DNA of 64,000 nucleotides. It comes from Lama guanicoe (Eukaryota). Shown piece by piece: positions 13,052-25,120 of this stretch. The translations under genes were made by a program, and so were the position numbers. The notes under the pieces are model-generated. The model did not search any database, was not told the DNA's origin, and saw only the letters and a program-made list of their open reading frames with translations. Where the stretch lies: assembly GCA_013239625.1 (NCBI GenBank), contig MU054323.1, positions 20,853,082 through 20,917,081 on the forward strand. Direction: 5' to 3'. Within the stretch, counting starts at the first letter, position 1, and each line of letters begins with the position of its first letter.

Positions 13052-14227
13052 GAGGATGTGGGTGAGACAATTAAAATGATGGTATATAGTGTTGCTCTCA
13101 CATTCTTCCACTCACACATTCTAAGAAAACAGTATTTGTTGTTGATGTGCCCACTCTAGCAGTAAAAACAGACACTTCCATAGCAGAACATACACACAAA
13201 CATGTGCAGATGCTTCAGTAAAAGTTTATTTCATCCTTGGAAAAGGAAAACCATATTTTTCATCATTATTTGTGATTGCAATAGACTGGCTAGCCGTTGG
13301 AGTCTGTATGGGAATAATTTAAAGTCACTCTAATAGTTTTCCAAAAAGTCTCCAAATTTGCCAGAAAACAAGGAGCCTACAAAAATGATTGCTATAAAGA
13401 CTAAACAAAACTGACTAATTGAAGGAACAGTCACTGATAGTTTTCATATGTAAATTTTGGCATGCCATCTTATTTTCAATTAATTCCATTAAATTGGTGT
13501 TTCATAGGTCAGAGGATTTTATGACTACACACCAAAAATGTTGTTTATAAAGCCATTTACACAGAACTGCCCACAAATATTTTCTAATACATTTTTCCTT
13601 TTGTCCAACTCAAATTGTTATTGCTTCATTTTTTTCCTCCTTTAAGTCCAATTTTGTTCTTTTAATTTACTTTAACTTCCTTTCTTTTCCATTCAACAAG
13701 GAGTAGTCCATTTCAGAGTCTACTCCATTCTTTTTAAAATTTATATAGCACTAAGTAACTCTAATCTGCAAGTACACTAAGGAAGACAAGGTGGAAAAAA
13801 AAAAAACTTAACAAACCAGGTGGTAGGAGATAAATATCCTTCCATACACACAAAGTCTCACTCCCCCAACAAAAACCCACAAATAGGGTGGTCAAGGTTT
13901 ATTTATAGAAAGGACAAAGGGTAACAAGGGATAAAAATGAAAATACAGCCAAAGAAGCCTCTTAGTCTCCACTGGCCTAATTTAAATAGGGTTACTCAAG
14001 TTCACAGACTGGTAATGGATGATGTTGCAAAACAAGGATGAATCAGAGTCATCACTAAAATATTGTTTTATTCTAAGGATGGACAATATCATAAGTTTTG
14101 CCCTAAAAGACATGATTCATAGGGACCCCATGATTTCTTTTCCTTTCTTCCCTGAAAATTGAGAAAAACCAAAAAGGGGTGTGGTAGGGGAGCCACATAT
14201 CTGGAGTTCTACAGCATTTTAATGCTG

Positions 14228-14390
14228 GTTTCAATTCTGCTATTACTCAGATATGTGACTCAGGTAAGTCATCTATCTTCCAAGTCTCAGTTTCCTCATC
14301 TATTAAATGAAAATAATTACACCTAACCTAACTACCTTACCTGATTACCATTAGGATCAAATGAGATAAGAGATCTGAAAGTACTTTGAA
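14228..14390 (+). mobile_element. MIR SINE
   Basis: tgtgactcaggtaagtca...tctcagtttcctcatctattaaatg...aggatcaaatgagataa. Confidence 0.75.
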
Positions 14391-14657
14391 ATCATCAATT
14401 TTCTGGTGATTCAGATCACCAACATTTCTTCCCTAGGCTAAATCACCTTTGCAAATATGAGACCACACAAGTGCCCATTTGTAAGGAAAATGAGAAAAAC
14501 CAGGGCAATGGAGTAAATTTTGCATCAAGCCAAATGCATTCCATTTAAAAACCTAACGTTTCTTTGAGAGTCTCCTGTGAGTGTGGTGTGTGTGTATTTG
14601 CGGGTATGTATGTTAAAATGTCCTTTATTTTATGAGATGATTCTGACAGGTGGTATG

Positions 14658-14766
14658 GATTTTTTTTTTAATTTTTAAACACTTTTATTGTGGTATGCTT
14701 CCTGTAAATTAGATATATTTCAGATGTACAACTTGATGAATCTTGATAGATGTATATACAAATGAA
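14658..14766 (-). mobile_element. Severely 5'-truncated L1 3' end (~110 bp) with TSD
   Basis: T-tract followed by L1M-type 3' UTR. ACAGGTGGTATG is repeated at 14646-14657 and 14767-14778. Confidence 0.75.
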
Positions 14767-15269
14767 ACAGGTGGTATGTTTTTTAATGGCCTTAACAAAA
14801 TGAAAAGGTTAGCAGCTCTGTTAGGTTGAGCCTCAAAATTTAATTAAATTAATTTTTTTTTTTTGGCTGGTTCATAAAGCCAAAATGTTTGGGTACTATT
14901 AGTCTGTATTATCCTAACAAACAAAACTATTCAAAGTGCTCTCCCAGTCTTCAACTTCACTTCCAATCCACTTCTACACAGCAGCCAAAATGATCAAACT
15001 AAAACAAATCTAACCTCGTTATACTTGCACTTAAAATACTTGCTCCTGTGTCCTCCCCCTCATGCCGCGCCTCCCTCACCCTCTGCATAGCAATCAATCA
15101 TGTGTTGTGATGACTCACCGTCACCCCCAGACTTCTGCACAGGAGCACTCACCCCTTCTCTCACCTCCTCTTTCCCAGGTGAACAGTGCATATCATTTTG
15201 CTCCACTATTTTCTTTCTTGCTCTAAGGTGTCTTCCTTGGTTCCTCCAAGCCCAGATTACACGCATCCC

Positions 15270-15572
15270 CCATGTGCCGTTACAGCAATCCTTACTTCCC
15301 TCATTGTAGCACTTCATTCCTACACTGATAAATATTTACTGGGCTTCTGCTGTGTGTCAGGCACTGGTCTCAGTGCTGAAGGTACAGAGGTGAATGAGAA
15401 AATATCCACTCCCAAAGAGCTGACACTCTAGTAAGAGGAAACAGACTAGAAATTAAAATTCAAAATAACTGAGAAGTAAAATACTTGGTGATTGTTCATC
15501 ATTGTATCCTACGAAGCTGGAACAATGCCTGGCTCTTAGCTGGTGCTCAAAAATATTTGTTGAATGAATAAA
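15270..15572. mobile_element. L2 3'-end fragments in both orientations
   Basis: aaatatttactgggcttctgctgtgtgtcaggcactgg (antisense) and gcctggc...gtgctcaaaaatatttgttgaatgaataaa (sense). Confidence 0.65.
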
Positions 15573-17984
15573 CACAGGAGTGTCAAAGAGCACTATACAA
15601 ATGTGAATTGACTACTGTGTGTGTTGGGTTCATGCTGGCCTATGAACTTCTTAGAGTCTGGCCCAAACTTTCAGAAGCCTTAAAGCATGCTGTGTCAGTT
15701 ATATCACAGCATTCACTATTCTAAGACTTGTCTTACACTTGGCAAAAGTAGTAATTTTACCAGTAATTTTCAGATCAAATGAGTTAAAGCACTGAAGACT
15801 CAAAAGTCTCAACTTGGCATAGTATGCATCTTCCTCAAGCTCAAAACACAAAATTAAAAGAAAGTCAGTTCCTTATATGGCTGAGACACCAGGATGCTGG
15901 CTTCCTGCTATATCTAAAAGGTGCACCCTGGAAAAGTCCGTAACTGCCATGAACAAGGACCTTGTCAGATCACTGTCAAGGCATATCCCACCTGAGTTAT
16001 CAGCCCCTGAAGTAAATTAAAGTTAAAAAAGCAAATATTTAATGAATTTTTCACTTGCCTTTGGTTCACGAACGGTCTTAGAAATAAGCGTTCTCTTAAT
16101 TAAAAATAAGAGTACCCCAGAAAGCTGAAATGAGATCTGAGGAACACTCCACGTGGGTCAGCTGTCAGCATAAGGAGAGTTGGCAGTCCCCAGGTGAAAC
16201 TGCTCCAGAGTGTGACTGTAACACCATTCTGTTCATGTAAAAATTTGGAAAACACATTTTCTGGACAGAATTGGGCCCGACATCTCCACTACCAAGCTGA
16301 CAAGCCAAAAAATAAACCTGGTACAAAGGTACCCAGGAGTTCTGAAAATAGCTTGCTGGCTTTACAGACTGCCAATTATCAAGCCCTGGGCCTAGACAGG
16401 CACCAACCAATCAGCCAGTGGACAAACATGTACTAAGCACTGTGCTAGGTGCTCTGGAAGACATTAGCAGATAAAAGATAGAATTCTTAAGCCTCTAGGA
16501 CTTAAAATTAAGTTTTAAAAATAAGACAGAAGTTAAAACAAGCATGATTGAAGGACTGGCACAGGAAGAGCCAACAAAGTGGTATAAGTTTGCCCTGGAG
16601 GCTGAAGCAGAGGGCAGAACTCACAGAGGGAAGCTCAGGGAAGGCTGGCTTCACAGGAGGGAAGGCAACCAGGAGGTTGACAGGCTTGGAAACTCAGAGG
16701 AAGAGAGGTCCTCAACTCATCTAGGTGATGGCTGGCCTTGAAGGACTGCTAGAATTCCCATTTCCCAGGGCCCTGGGGAGGCTGAAGGAGGAGGAAGCAT
16801 ATAGAGGAGAAGGGGTTGGCATGGGAACACCACGGAGGCAGAGATGTGAAAGGCCTGCCTAGGGATGAAGGAAAAGGCTGGAGCAAAAAGCTCCTCTGGT
16901 AGAGAGCAGGCTGGACTGTGCAAGCCCTGGAAGGCCAAGCTAATGAATTTCAACCAGATTCTCGAATACTGGAAAGCTACTTGAAGTTCTGGCCCACGAG
17001 TAACATGATGAGTTAAGTCTCTCCTAAACATTTTTACCTAAGTCCACACTGCCCACACAAGAATTAAAAAGAGAATATTCCTAAACAGTGTTCCAAAAGT
17101 TTAAAAACCAGCATATTTTCACAGATATTTAAATAAAATCCTATCACTGTGACTAAGTTTTAGATCACTCAGTAAATCACACATACTTGAGTAAATGCAG
17201 CAACCACTGAAAGGTCCATTTTAAACAGCACTGAAAAATGACTTCTGAAAGAGAAACCGAGTTCTAACTACACCCATTCCTTTACTTCACCCTCCCCCCA
17301 AACCTGACTAGGGTCTTTATTTTGCATTAAGCATTACAGATTTCCTTATGGACCTGGAAGGAAGAGCCGTTAGTCATCAATCTGGATGGTGTGCGTTAAT
17401 AGGTTCTTTGTTCAGAAAATTTAATTATAGGTTCGGGCCTTGGACGAATGCAAAATGAAAATACTGGAGGGGACTTTCCTTCTGCTAATCTGCCAACTAA
17501 GCAGTACCAAGGACTTTCCAAACTGTCCCTAAGCGTGTCATTTCCAGAGGCAGTCTCCTCCCTGGTGTCTGGGGCATGGCCGACCCCTGTTTACTCTTGC
17601 TAGCTTCTCTGGCCTGATCTCGGGCTGCCCTGTGCCACTCAACTAACAGAGGTTCTGCAATCAGAGGCCTGAGGATGCTCAAATGTAATGTGGGCGGTTT
17701 CATACCTTTTGGAGGCTTGTGCTTCAACAAAAGGTGACATGACTGCACTCGCTCACTCTTGCTGGCTCCAGGCAACCCCAGGACGTGCCCACCTTTGACC
17801 CCATAAGCTGTGCAGAGGGAGCACAGAGTTTAAAGCCAAGCTTTAATCTACCTTCAAGTTTACAAAATGATTTTACTCTGGCAAGTGATTATCTGGGGAA
17901 GGCTGCTGAATATACTGAAAATGCAGTGTTTGGGGCTGCATTTTGTACCTTGATTATCATATAGATGCTAGCATTTAAAGACTG

Positions 17985-18452
17985 TATGGTGACAGAGCAA
18001 AACGACTTATGTTAGTCACTTTGAAATGCACAGAAATATTAAATCACTATGTTGCGTAACAGAAACATAGTGCTGTAGGTCAATTATACTTCAAAAACAA
18101 ACTCACAGAAAAAGAGATGGGGGAGGGGTTTAGAATAAGATGAAGGTGGTCAAAAGGTACAAAATTCCAGTTATAAGATAAATAAATATTAGGGATATAA
18201 TGTACAACATGATAAATATAATTAATACTGTTCTATGTTAGATGTGAAAGTTGTTAAGAGAGTAATCCTAAGTTCTCATCACAAGGAAAAAATTTTTTTC
18301 TGTTTCTTTAATTCTGTGTCTAAATGAGATAATAGATTCATAGTGGTAACATATATATCAAATCATTATGCTCTATGGGTTCACGTTAATTATGTTAGTA
18401 TGTTAATTATATCTCAATAAAACTGGAAGAAAAAAATTAAAATAAATAAAAA
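17985..18452 (+). mobile_element. L1 3' UTR (L1MA-like) with poly(A) signal and A-rich tail
   Basis: ggtcaaaaggtacaaaattccagttataagataaataa...atgtacaacatg...tatatctcaataaaactgg. Confidence 0.8.
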
Positions 18453-19699
18453 CTATAAACAAGGAACCAAATAAGTAGCAATCATACCAGTTAAAGACAC
18501 TGGATTTTTAAAGCCTTCTGAGCAACAACTAAAGCAAAGGGAAAACTCTGGTTAATAAAAGACCTGCTTTCTAAACTTTAGAACATGTTCAGGCACTCTT
18601 CCACAGAAAATCTAAGATTCGTGCCAGTGTCACAACAGGGAAAGTTGCTGGCTAAAAAAATGTCAGTAAGATCAATATGAATGAAAAGTATAAAGAGAAT
18701 TTCCCAGAGTAGGAAGGGGAACAACAAGTGTCTGAAGAATGTTTAAATCAGTTCCTCCAAAGGATTATAGAGTGATGGGAAATTTTCTAATTTAAAAAAG
18801 GTAGGGGCAGCTTTTCAATTTGAAAGTCAAATATAAGTTAACAACCTCTCCAATATATTCAAATATTCAGATTCCTAGAGAAAAGCAATAAGCAAATATG
18901 ACATACAAGAGTGATTAGGTAGGGCAACATTTAGTTGAAAGATGAAAGAAACCAAATGATCAACACACAAATTTGGAAACAAGACCGAAGGACCTGGGTG
19001 TCTTTTCACTTTAGCCATTCTTTCATGGACGAGCCCTGTGTTTGGTATTGCAGGGGATACAAAGCTTCATTTGGCTCTTAGTTCCCCTCAGTACTGGGGA
19101 TGTAGAGGGGGGAACCCAAATCAAAATCATAAAACACACAACCACAAAAAGCCATCCCTTTCTGAAACCTGCCTTAAACATTAAAAGGCATTTCCAGTTC
19201 AAAATGCAAAGGTAACCCTGCTAGAGACATGTGGTAAACATTTCCTAGGGAAGGAGCAAATGAAAAAAGGTCAAAGGTAAAAGTCAACTGAGAAGTGCTG
19301 CAACATCTCAGCAATTTACGAATTTAAAGGAGAGCAACAGTTTGAAGGGTGGGGATAAACACACCACCTCCATTCATTAGAAACTGAGATTTCAGAGAGA
19401 ATCTTTTCCTTCTCTGGGGTGAATACCACAACATCTGTTCTCTTGTCATAACAGCAACTAAGTTGATTTAAGAAAATATTCTCTCTCTCTCTCTTTTTAA
19501 AGCTGTTGGTGCATAATTACATGATTTCTCTTGAGCCTTGGTTTCCTTAAGACGTGTTTATTCTGCACATCTGCTCTCCCCATACCTGATTACACAAAGG
19601 TATCATAAATAGCAAACCAACAGGTATAAAGAGACCAGCCCTCAAAACAGATCAAAGCAAACAGCCCATGGAGTCCTTTGGAAATCTTGGCTGGCAGCT

Positions 19700-19830
19700 C
19701 TTGTAAATAAAAGTGCTTCTAAAGCAGAAAGCATTCAACTACCGTATTTATATAGGGCGTGATTGACAGGTCAGTTATTAACTTCATAAAAACACAGGCA
19801 ATGTTAACTAGCAAGAATGTTTGTTCTAGC
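19700..19830. promoter_or_regulatory. Candidate intronic enhancer motif cluster
   Basis: TGATTGACAG, AGGTCA, HNF1-like, FOX-like and CDX/HOX-like motifs within about 130 bp of non-repeat sequence. Motif evidence only. Confidence 0.4.
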
Positions 19831-22129
19831 TGTTCTATCTGAAGGAAAATGAAATCCAAGATAGAATGGCTTGCTCTCTGTTTCTTTTAAGTATTTATTT
19901 TAGAACCGTGCAGTATAAAAGAATGTTTTTTCAAGTCAGTGAACTTAAGCTATTTTGCTTACTGTTCTGGAATTTAAGTATGTTGTTATAATTCTTTAGA
20001 AAACAAATGTTACATTTACTAAAGGCAAATTCCAATGGTGCACCATGATCTTTTCAACCTCTTGAAAAAATTTTGTTCTTTTGAGTTACTAAAATTTTTT
20101 AAAGTATATTATTAATTAATGTATCTTCCTATAACTAAAGTATACCAAATTGGAGAATCAAAGAGCAAGGTTTCCTCCCACTGCTCTGGAAGAAGGCATG
20201 TGTTCCCTGAATAAACTCTGGTAGCAAATCTAAAATTTGCCAAAAGAAGATAAGAATAAACTGGGCTGTCTTTCATTAATATTCTTTTGAGGGCTTATTA
20301 TGAATACATTCTATTATGTATGATCATTTACTTCAATACTACAGTGTAGTATACGTTATTTTTTATATTCTTTCAAAAAACACCCAACACAACAGTTGTA
20401 CTCAGATATGTGGTCAGGAAATCCTCAAATCCACTTTTGTGATCAACCATTTTCAACCTTGAGGCTTAATACAGTTAGTCCCCACTCCCATTCCAGTGAA
20501 AAGTAACATAAATGTCTGCCTATGTTTCTCCAACTGGAAGAGCAACTCTGTAATAGTAGCTTCAAGCAACTACATAGCAAAGAAATTGAAAACCCTTGCA
20601 TCTGCCCAATATAGAATCATTCTTCTACAAAACGATTTTTTAAAAACAAGGAAGAAGCACACGGAAAAGCTGGGAGGGGAAAAAAAACCCTCCAAATTTT
20701 GCTTTTTTGAATAAACTGGCCAAAACTTTTAAGATTGAGATTATATAAAGTTGGCATTTCCCAGCCAAATAAATGCTTATGAAGTGGACCGTGTGTTTAT
20801 GTGCATGTTTGTTTATACATGTTTAATATCCTCAGGCCTGAGTTTTTCCATGTAAACATAAGTTTTGTTAAATTTAAAAGGCCATTTGTTATCAAAATGT
20901 TTCACTCTTAGCAAAGGCTGTCATTATACGAGCTAAATACCAAACACAGGAGCAAACCAAAAATCCCCAGAAAATCCACCATTGCTCATCAGTACATTTA
21001 GTGTACCACAATCCTGCTTTCTCTAGCATTCCTACAAACAACAAGCTTTCAGAACACAGAATTCTTATGAAATAAATACTCAGCCCTAGAACATGCTCTG
21101 GCCTCCTCCACTATCCACCCCTCCCCCTTCCCCCGCAGGACTATATTTTCAAACCAGAATGTTTGCTTTGACAGACTTCTGCTTGCTTAATTCTCTGGCA
21201 AAGGATTTCTTGTGCACCCCTAGCCAGTAATGAACATTTTGCCAGAAATATGCGACTTTTGGCACGACAAGAATAGAGAATTAAAAAAAAAGAAGAGAAA
21301 AAACAAAACAAAACATAACCTGCCAGCAGAGACTTCCAGAATTGAAGATAAAAGCAGGCACACTGCATGAACAGAATCCTTTCCCTTAACATATCGTAAT
21401 TTCCTCTTGTTTTCCCTGCTTCTCACTATCATGAGGAAAACCTTCATCTGGAATTTTCACATACATTCTCTACACTATATAAAGCAATGGGAAACTATTC
21501 CCTAAATCTTGGTTTCTAATTAAAGAACTACTTATCCAAGTGAAAAATGTAGGCTAGCTAATCCTACTCAGAGAGAAAATCTCCAAAACAATTTCTTAAT
21601 AATAGTTTGTCAGGAAAATTAAAATCCATTGAACTTGTCTAATCCAGTGGAATACTTCTCTTTCATTATTTCTCCAGTTACACTGAAGGACCTACCACTC
21701 AAAAACTTAACAACGCAAGATGGCTCCACCTTCCCCCACTGGGCGGGATATCACACAGCTCTCCCCAGAGAGCTCAGGGTGCGGGTAAAGTGCCTCTTTC
21801 TTCAACTACCCAGATTCTTGGGAGAAGGAGTAGCCCACAAAGTAGATTTTCTGCATTTCCTGCATGGGTGGAGTCAGGCACTTTACAGAAAAAAAAAAAG
21901 AAAAAACCAAACCAAACCAAAATACTTATGGATCTTGAAAGGGGGGTGGGGCACAGGGGAACAGACAAGCATGTCTCAAAAGCTATCAGACTGTCAAAAT
22001 ACTCAATCTCTGGCAAGAGATCCTCTTTCTCCACATGTCACTTAAACAGTGATGTCCCCAGGAGTCTATCCTCACCCCTCTAGGTTCTCTCATTCACTTT
22101 CCTGGCATGAAATACCACATATACACAGA

Positions 22130-22990
22130 TCACTCCTTCACCCAGCCCCGAACTTGCTCATACGCTCCAGATCCAGTATATCAAGCTGCTTAATGAATAT
22201 GTTCCATTGGATGTCCCTCAGGCATTCAAAACAGATACAATAACTCAACTCAGTATCTCCCCCGATCCACCATCATCTGTTTTTCCTCCTAAATCCTCAC
22301 CCCTATAAATGGCACCATCAACCCCAGACACTACCTGAGCCAAAAGTCTGCCATCATCCCACAATCTTTCCTCTTCCTTGGTCTCCTCATTTTTCATCAA
22401 ATATTGTTAAACTGACTTTCTTGGTATCTCTAATCAATACCCCTCCCATTATCTTTGCTTATTCCCTTTCTAACCTGAACTCACTTCTCACCACCCAGTT
22501 TATCCAGAGTTTCCCAAAGTTTGTTCTTTAAAACATAGTTCTTTATAATATACTTCATAAAAAGGATTCCATAACTCAGTATTTTAAACTAAACAGTGAC
22601 TGCAGAGTCACAATATGTATCAGCATATTAAAGTCTTCAAGAAATCCTGAACTAAAGAAACACCAACCTTTCACCACCGTCACCCGTCCTCCAGGGCCCC
22701 CTTTTCTTCTGCTGATTTTCTTTACTTGGCTAACTTCTACTTATCCTTCAAGCTCAGGACCTCTTACAGGAAGCCTCTCCTGACAGTAGGTACTCATCCT
22801 TACTCTGCACTTCCAAGTCTCTCCTTGCATGCCTCTACACAGAACACTTTTGCCAGTGGTGTGTAGTCTGGTGTAAGTCTCCTCTGCTTGACTGTGAGAC
22901 TCTTAAAGGCAAAGACTTTGACTTATTTATCTTTCAAAGCCTCGCACATTACCTGGCACACAGCAGCGGGTTAATAAACCTTGTTGAGTA
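22130..22990 (+). mobile_element. L2 fragments interrupted by a hAT-like element at about 22505-22665
   Basis: L2 motifs (tccattggatgtccctcaggca; cctggcacacagcagcgggttaataaacc). The internal segment is similar to 29768-30035. Confidence 0.55.
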
Positions 22991-22997
22991 AGTAAAT

Positions 22998-23150
22998 GGT
23001 AATAATAGCGAAATGTATTCTAATTTACCCTATGCCAGGCACTCTTTTAATCTCCTTGCATGTATTAATTCACTTAATCCACCCCTAAACCCTATGAGGT
23101 GAGTGCTAATATGTCCCCCATTCAATACATGAGGCAACTGAGGCAGAAAG
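22998..23150 (-). mobile_element. MIR SINE
   Basis: ctatgccaggcactc...ccctatgaggtgagtgctaat...atgaggcaactgaggcag. Confidence 0.75.
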
Positions 23151-24904
23151 AATGAATACGTTTCATTATTCCTCCAACATGATCTTATTTTCTTATCTCC
23201 AGAGGAGTAAACATGGGTAATTTTACTCTACTTCTTAGGAAACAGGATGTGATTAAACCACTGGGAAGCTGTTTGGCAGGACTTTGTAACGTTTAGAAGT
23301 ATTGTACAGTATAAAACAAAAAGCTTTAGTGTAATGGGAAAACAACCGGAGTAGGAGTCATATCTGAATGTGAACACCGGCTCTGCCTCATACTGGATGA
23401 GCCATACAGCGAATTAGTAATATAAATTCCAAGCATGTTATTTAGAGTGAGGACAATGATACCTACCTTACTGAGTATTCCCACCAGGGTTACATGAAGT
23501 AAGTACATGAAAGTCCTCTGCAGCTTTTATGTTATAAAGTTGGGTATACCACTGCTGTTACCAACACGAACAATATAATGGAATGATATCTGACTCCCAA
23601 TATACCAAGTACTTATAATTGATGTCTGTATATTTCTATTTTTTCCCTTGTGGATAAACCAGTCCAAATAAGTGGAAAAGTTTTCAATCTACACAGAAAT
23701 TTCTACTGAAAGTTAAAAAACTTCCTACTAAACTGAACCAATCAAGATACATTGGTTTTGAGGCTCACAGTATAAACTGGGAAATAAGAAAAATCACTGA
23801 GTATTAATTTTAAAAAAACCTTGACAAAAGTCTTAAACATTGTAACAAAACCATGACCAGCACAACTGATTAAATTATCTACACTGTAGAGACTGTCTAC
23901 ACTCTCCTGTCACTAATGGAATCTTATATAATATAGCCAGTGCTCTCAACCCTACAAACTATGAACAGCTCAGTAGATAAATCTCAATAAGCCTCCACAT
24001 CAAACAGACTGGAAGAAATCAAAAGACCGCTGAGCTAAGCCAGACCAGGCTGATATTTTGGTTTATTGGTTAACTGTTATGTTTGGAAAGGCATAAAGCT
24101 TAATTGCGAGGCTTGAGGTGTATGTCAAAAATGCCTGACTTAAGTAGAAATTCTGATCATAGCATCTGTCGTTAGTTAAAATACATGGAGCTCTTTATCC
24201 AGGATATTTTTTTGTTGTTTATATTTTCAATAAGTGAAAATAACCCAGTCACATGGTGATTAAATATAAATCATTGTTTCAGCTTTTTGAGAAGGTTTTT
24301 AAAATTCCAGGTGTAAATTAGAGAGTAACACTGTTGTTAATCCAAGTCATGTGAAAGTTAAAACGGGGGGAAATCTGGTTTAGTTTATGACTTCTCGTGG
24401 TATTAACCATAGGTTTCTCACAAATATTAATGAATGCAGCACTTTGAAACACTATATGGAAAAGTGAGATCCAGTGGTGTTACCTGAATATTTTTACCAT
24501 TTCTGCTGAATAACTAACTCCATTTGGCTGAACAAGCAACAAAACCAAATATTTCTTAAAGGCCTTTCGAACAAAGTCCACTAAAGGTTTCATTAAAAAA
24601 ATGGAAAGTGAGGTCTTCATCACTGCTTTGGTCTCATTTTCATTGCTACCAAAGCTACTCAGCTATACTTAACCAATCAGTACTTACGCAGTGCTTTAGG
24701 ACATGCAACAAACTTAAAACACAAGCCCTCCCCTTTGGAACTCGGAACTGATTTGACAGGACCTAACTAATTCACAAGAAGCAACACCAACAGGAGAAAG
24801 AGACACCATGCATCACTGGGGTACACCAGTCCTAAGGAAAGGGACACTACAATGAATGTGGGGATGACCACTTTATTAGTTCAATTAGTTTAAAACCAAT
24901 TCTC

Positions 24905-25120
24905 ACTGAAAGAGAGCCTCCTGTGTATCACACATCCCTGCACGAGGCCCTTTAAAGTATTACCACACTTACTCCCCACAATGATTCTGGAGGCAAGTCC
25001 TCTCATCATCCCTCGTTTATGGTGATGCTGATATAAAGAAACTGAGGCTCAAGGGACAAAACCTTCCCAAAGTCAGAGCCAAAAGTTAAATCCAGGTCTG
25101 CCTAACTCAACATGCATTAT
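24905..25120 (-). mobile_element. MIR SINE
   Basis: aaagaaactgaggctcaaggg...cccaaagtca...aaatccaggtctgcctaactc. Confidence 0.65.
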
